A stretch of DNA of 64,000 nucleotides, taken from the NCBI GenBank assembly GCA_951406725.2, contig OX597814.1:220038001-220102000 (forward strand). The letters run 5' to 3'. The notes beneath the pieces are model-generated. The model worked only from the letters and a program-made list of their open reading frames with translations. It did not search any database and had not been told where the DNA came from. Of this stretch, positions 62,989 through 64,000 are shown in pieces. Origin of the DNA: Octopus vulgaris (Eukaryota). The position numbers and the translations under genes were made by a program. Numbering within the stretch: position 1 is the stretch's first letter; each line of letters starts with the position of its first letter.

Positions 62989-64000
62989 TATCCAACATTG
63001 GTGTCTCTGGAAAGTTACTGAAATGGATTAAGTGTTTCCTGACAGACAGATCTCAACATGTTGTAGTTGAAGGGGTAAAATCAAGCCCAGCCAAAGTCAG
63101 TAGTGGCGTTCCGCAAGGCACTGTGCTGGGCCCACTTCTTTTCATCATTTACATTAATGACATTAATGACATCATCAAGCACAGCAACATAAAAATCTTT
63201 GCAGATGACTCCAAGCTACAGAAGGTCATAAATGAGGCGAGTGACCGGACATGCCTTCAGTCAGATCTACTGGCTGTTATCCAATGGGCAGAAAAAAACA
63301 ATATGCTGCTGAACGAGGATAAATTTGAGCTAATCCACTTTGGAAAAGAGGATGCCCTGAAACTCCCATACTCCCTTCCTTCAGGTGAAACTCTCGCGGC
63401 GTCCAACAACATCAGAGACTTAGGAGTAATTGTGGACAACAACGTAAGCTGGGCCACTCATATAAACACCAAAGTTGACATGGCCCGCAGAATGTGTTCC
63501 TGGATTCTCAGAACTTTCCAGTCGAGAGATATCCACACCATTATCCTTCTCTTCTCCACTTTTGCCCGACCCCACCTTGAATACTGTTGTCCACTGTGGT
63601 CTCCCCACACAATACAAGGTATCATAAAAGTTGAAGCACCTCAAAGGGCAATCACAAAAAAGATAGATGACATGACAGGCCTCGACTATTGGGGTCGGCT
63701 AGAAAAGCTAAAACTCTATTCTCTCCAACGTCGTCGTGAGCGCTACATCATCTGCATGATGTGGAAAATATTCCATCAGCATTGCCCAAATGATGTTGGC
63801 ATCACCTTTAAGGTACATCCAAGGCTTGGGCCCCGTGCCATCCGCCCAAAACAAAAATCGCACTCTCATCTCATAACAACAATACGGCACAATTATTTCA
63901 CCTCAATTGGCCCCGCTCTCTTTAACATTACACCAAAACACATTAAAACAGAAACTGACCCTATAGGGTTCAAGAAGTCTTTGGACAGATTCCTTCAAGA
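62985..64000 (+). mobile_element. 5'-truncated CR1-like LINE with an uninterrupted RT reading frame running off the window
   Basis: KLSNIGVSGKLLKWIKCFLTDRSQHVVVEG...SGVPQGTVLGPLLFIIYIND...IFADDSKL...RDLGVIVD...RPHLEYCCPLWSPH...LYSLQRRRER...FKKSLDRFLQ, with no stops seen. Confidence 0.93.

Overview
AT-rich, repeat-dense animal genomic DNA. The SINE/LINE repertoire and the massive (TA)n/(AAT)n/(GAT)n microsatellites suggest an octopus or other coleoid cephalopod (inference). The only host gene I can support is the 3' end of a minus-strand Sidekick (sdk) Ig/FN3 adhesion-molecule gene. Five firm coding exons (last FN3 half-domain, TM segment, cytoplasmic tail ending in the PDZ-binding GFSSFV*) plus a candidate 66-nt exon carrying an RKKR furin-type site splice together in frame with GT-AG boundaries. 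Everything else is intron or downstream sequence filled with tRNA-derived SINEs, RTE and CR1-like LINE fragments, mariner/Tc1 relics, non-autonomous Helitrons, piggyBac-like MITEs and minisatellites. Most ORFs in the supplied track are microsatellite or repeat noise. The most striking unexplained structure is a set of sequence-unrelated, near-perfect fold-back palindromes inserted into (TA)n tracts, typically with a single-copy tail on one side. One (60800-61625) carries a complete minimal type I hammerhead ribozyme in each arm, and a second hammerhead with a one-base core variant lies at 46512-46638. This points to a family of non-autonomous, Penelope-like, ribozyme-bearing hairpin retroelements, probably inside a long sdk intron.
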